The position numbers and the translations under genes were made by a program. The notes below the pieces were generated by a model. The model saw only the letters and a program-made list of their open reading frames with translations. It was not told the DNA's origin and did not search any database. From Balanoglossus misakiensis (lineage: Eukaryota; Animalia; Hemichordata), in NCBI GenBank assembly GCA_040954595.2, contig CM082590.2, positions 5,890,001 through 5,954,000 of the forward strand: a stretch of DNA of 64,000 nucleotides, read 5' to 3'. Shown piece after piece: positions 62,659 to 64,000 of this stretch; position 1 is the stretch's first letter, and every line of letters begins with the position of its first letter.

Positions 62659-63182
62659 GGCTAGTTCCGGCTCCCCGCTCGCGGACGGAAGCTTCAACTT
62701 TTGCCCTTCTAAAAATGTCCTGACCTTTCTATAGTTAGGGCAGGTTCTCGCCTCCCGACGGGTGAGGGCGATGGAAGTGTACACGACCGAACCGGAGACA
62801 AAACTCATCTCTATATGTCATCAAAATAAATCCAGCTGGAGTCAATGAACATTACTGTAAAATCAGATGTAGGGAACGGCGACGTGGTTTTTTATGCTGT
62901 CGCATCACAAAAAAAAAACACGTCGCCGTTCCCTACATCTGATTTTTATCAGATTGTGAAAATTGATGTGGAACTGTCGTCTGGCACGTTGTAGTCTCTG
63001 TCTGTGTAATACACATCACGCCATTGGATAACATTTAGCGCACGTTGACTGGATACGCTTTGTCATCCAATCGGCGCTCGCGTCATATACAGATTTCGAT
63101 TCAGTGAGAGTGTGGATATGCAGTTGATATTCAGAGAAAAAAACTACAAAACGAATGAACGAAAGACAAAAATACATATATG

Positions 63183-63214
<32 letters not shown>

Positions 63215-64000
63215 CACAGACAGACAAAACAAATACTAGTAAACGAATATAAACAAACTAATACAACAAAACAAACAAACAAATATGCGCTTCGAATTCC
63301 ACAGTGTGCTTTTGTGAAGACTATATCAAGGACAGATAGACCTATAGATAGTAACTCTAAAAATGGACGCCCGGCAACAATGTCCTTGGTAAATGAAACC
63401 GATGACACTGACATCCATTGTATTCTGCAAAAAATAAAAACGTGACCAGTGATCAAAACACAATGCTACACGAACAATGCCGACCCGACCTGATACCCCC
63501 CCCCCCAATGATTATTTCTCTAATTTTAGTGGCGTTCAGCTTAATCATCGACTAAATTAACAATAGGTAAGAACACAAATACATGACCTGTGGTCCGTAT
63601 TCATTAACAGAACAGAACATACTTGTTTACATTAAGGTAGATGACTACTCAAAATTTAGAATATTGTCATTTTCCTGATAATGATGTATATATTAGTGTC
63701 TATCAATGAATTTTAAGTCCAAGAATATAGAGAAAACTGGATATTCCCATACTACTTTTTTTTAGTTAGGGGGTCTTAAATATTGCGGGAAAATGCCGAG
63801 TCAGCAATTTTCCTGCACTGCTAATGCTATAGTTTTCCTATAGAGAAAATATCGATCTGAAGATTTCTATCAAAAATCAAGTGGGGTAACATGGTGGTTA
63901 TATCATTTAAAGGGACAAAGTCTCTCTCGTGCTGCCCCTTTTAATTATATTTGATGCGAGACACTGTTTATGTTAGTCTTCATGTGGATATATAGTGAAT

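Overview
Intron-rich, AT-rich animal genomic DNA; a marine invertebrate is my inference from gene structure and repeat types. Exons were assembled by hand from GT/AG sites and codon phase. Genes: (1) a large acidic, low-complexity exon of an unidentified minus-strand gene running off the left edge; (2) a complete 24-exon PDIA5/PDIR-type protein disulfide isomerase (minus, 11881-30185, ~761 aa) with five WCGHC domains, a 13-nt microexon and C-terminal HEEL; (3) a 3-exon plus-strand gene (32894-37661) for a ~117-aa Cys-rich/Lys-rich protein that the ORF track mostly misses; (4) an NHL-repeat ORF nested antisense in intron 1 of gene 3; (5) a 7-coding-exon ABHD2-like lipase (minus, 48718-58919, ~421 aa). 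Non-coding DNA is dense with non-autonomous DNA transposons, mostly TTAA-targeting (Kolobok-like and piggyBac-like), with no transposase ORF seen. The most unusual observations are an antisense copy of PDIA5 exon 23 plus its splice acceptor beside the exon 11 donor, two 36-37 bp TTAA-to-TTAA flanking duplications, and MITE ends amplified into satellites, one with higher-order structure.
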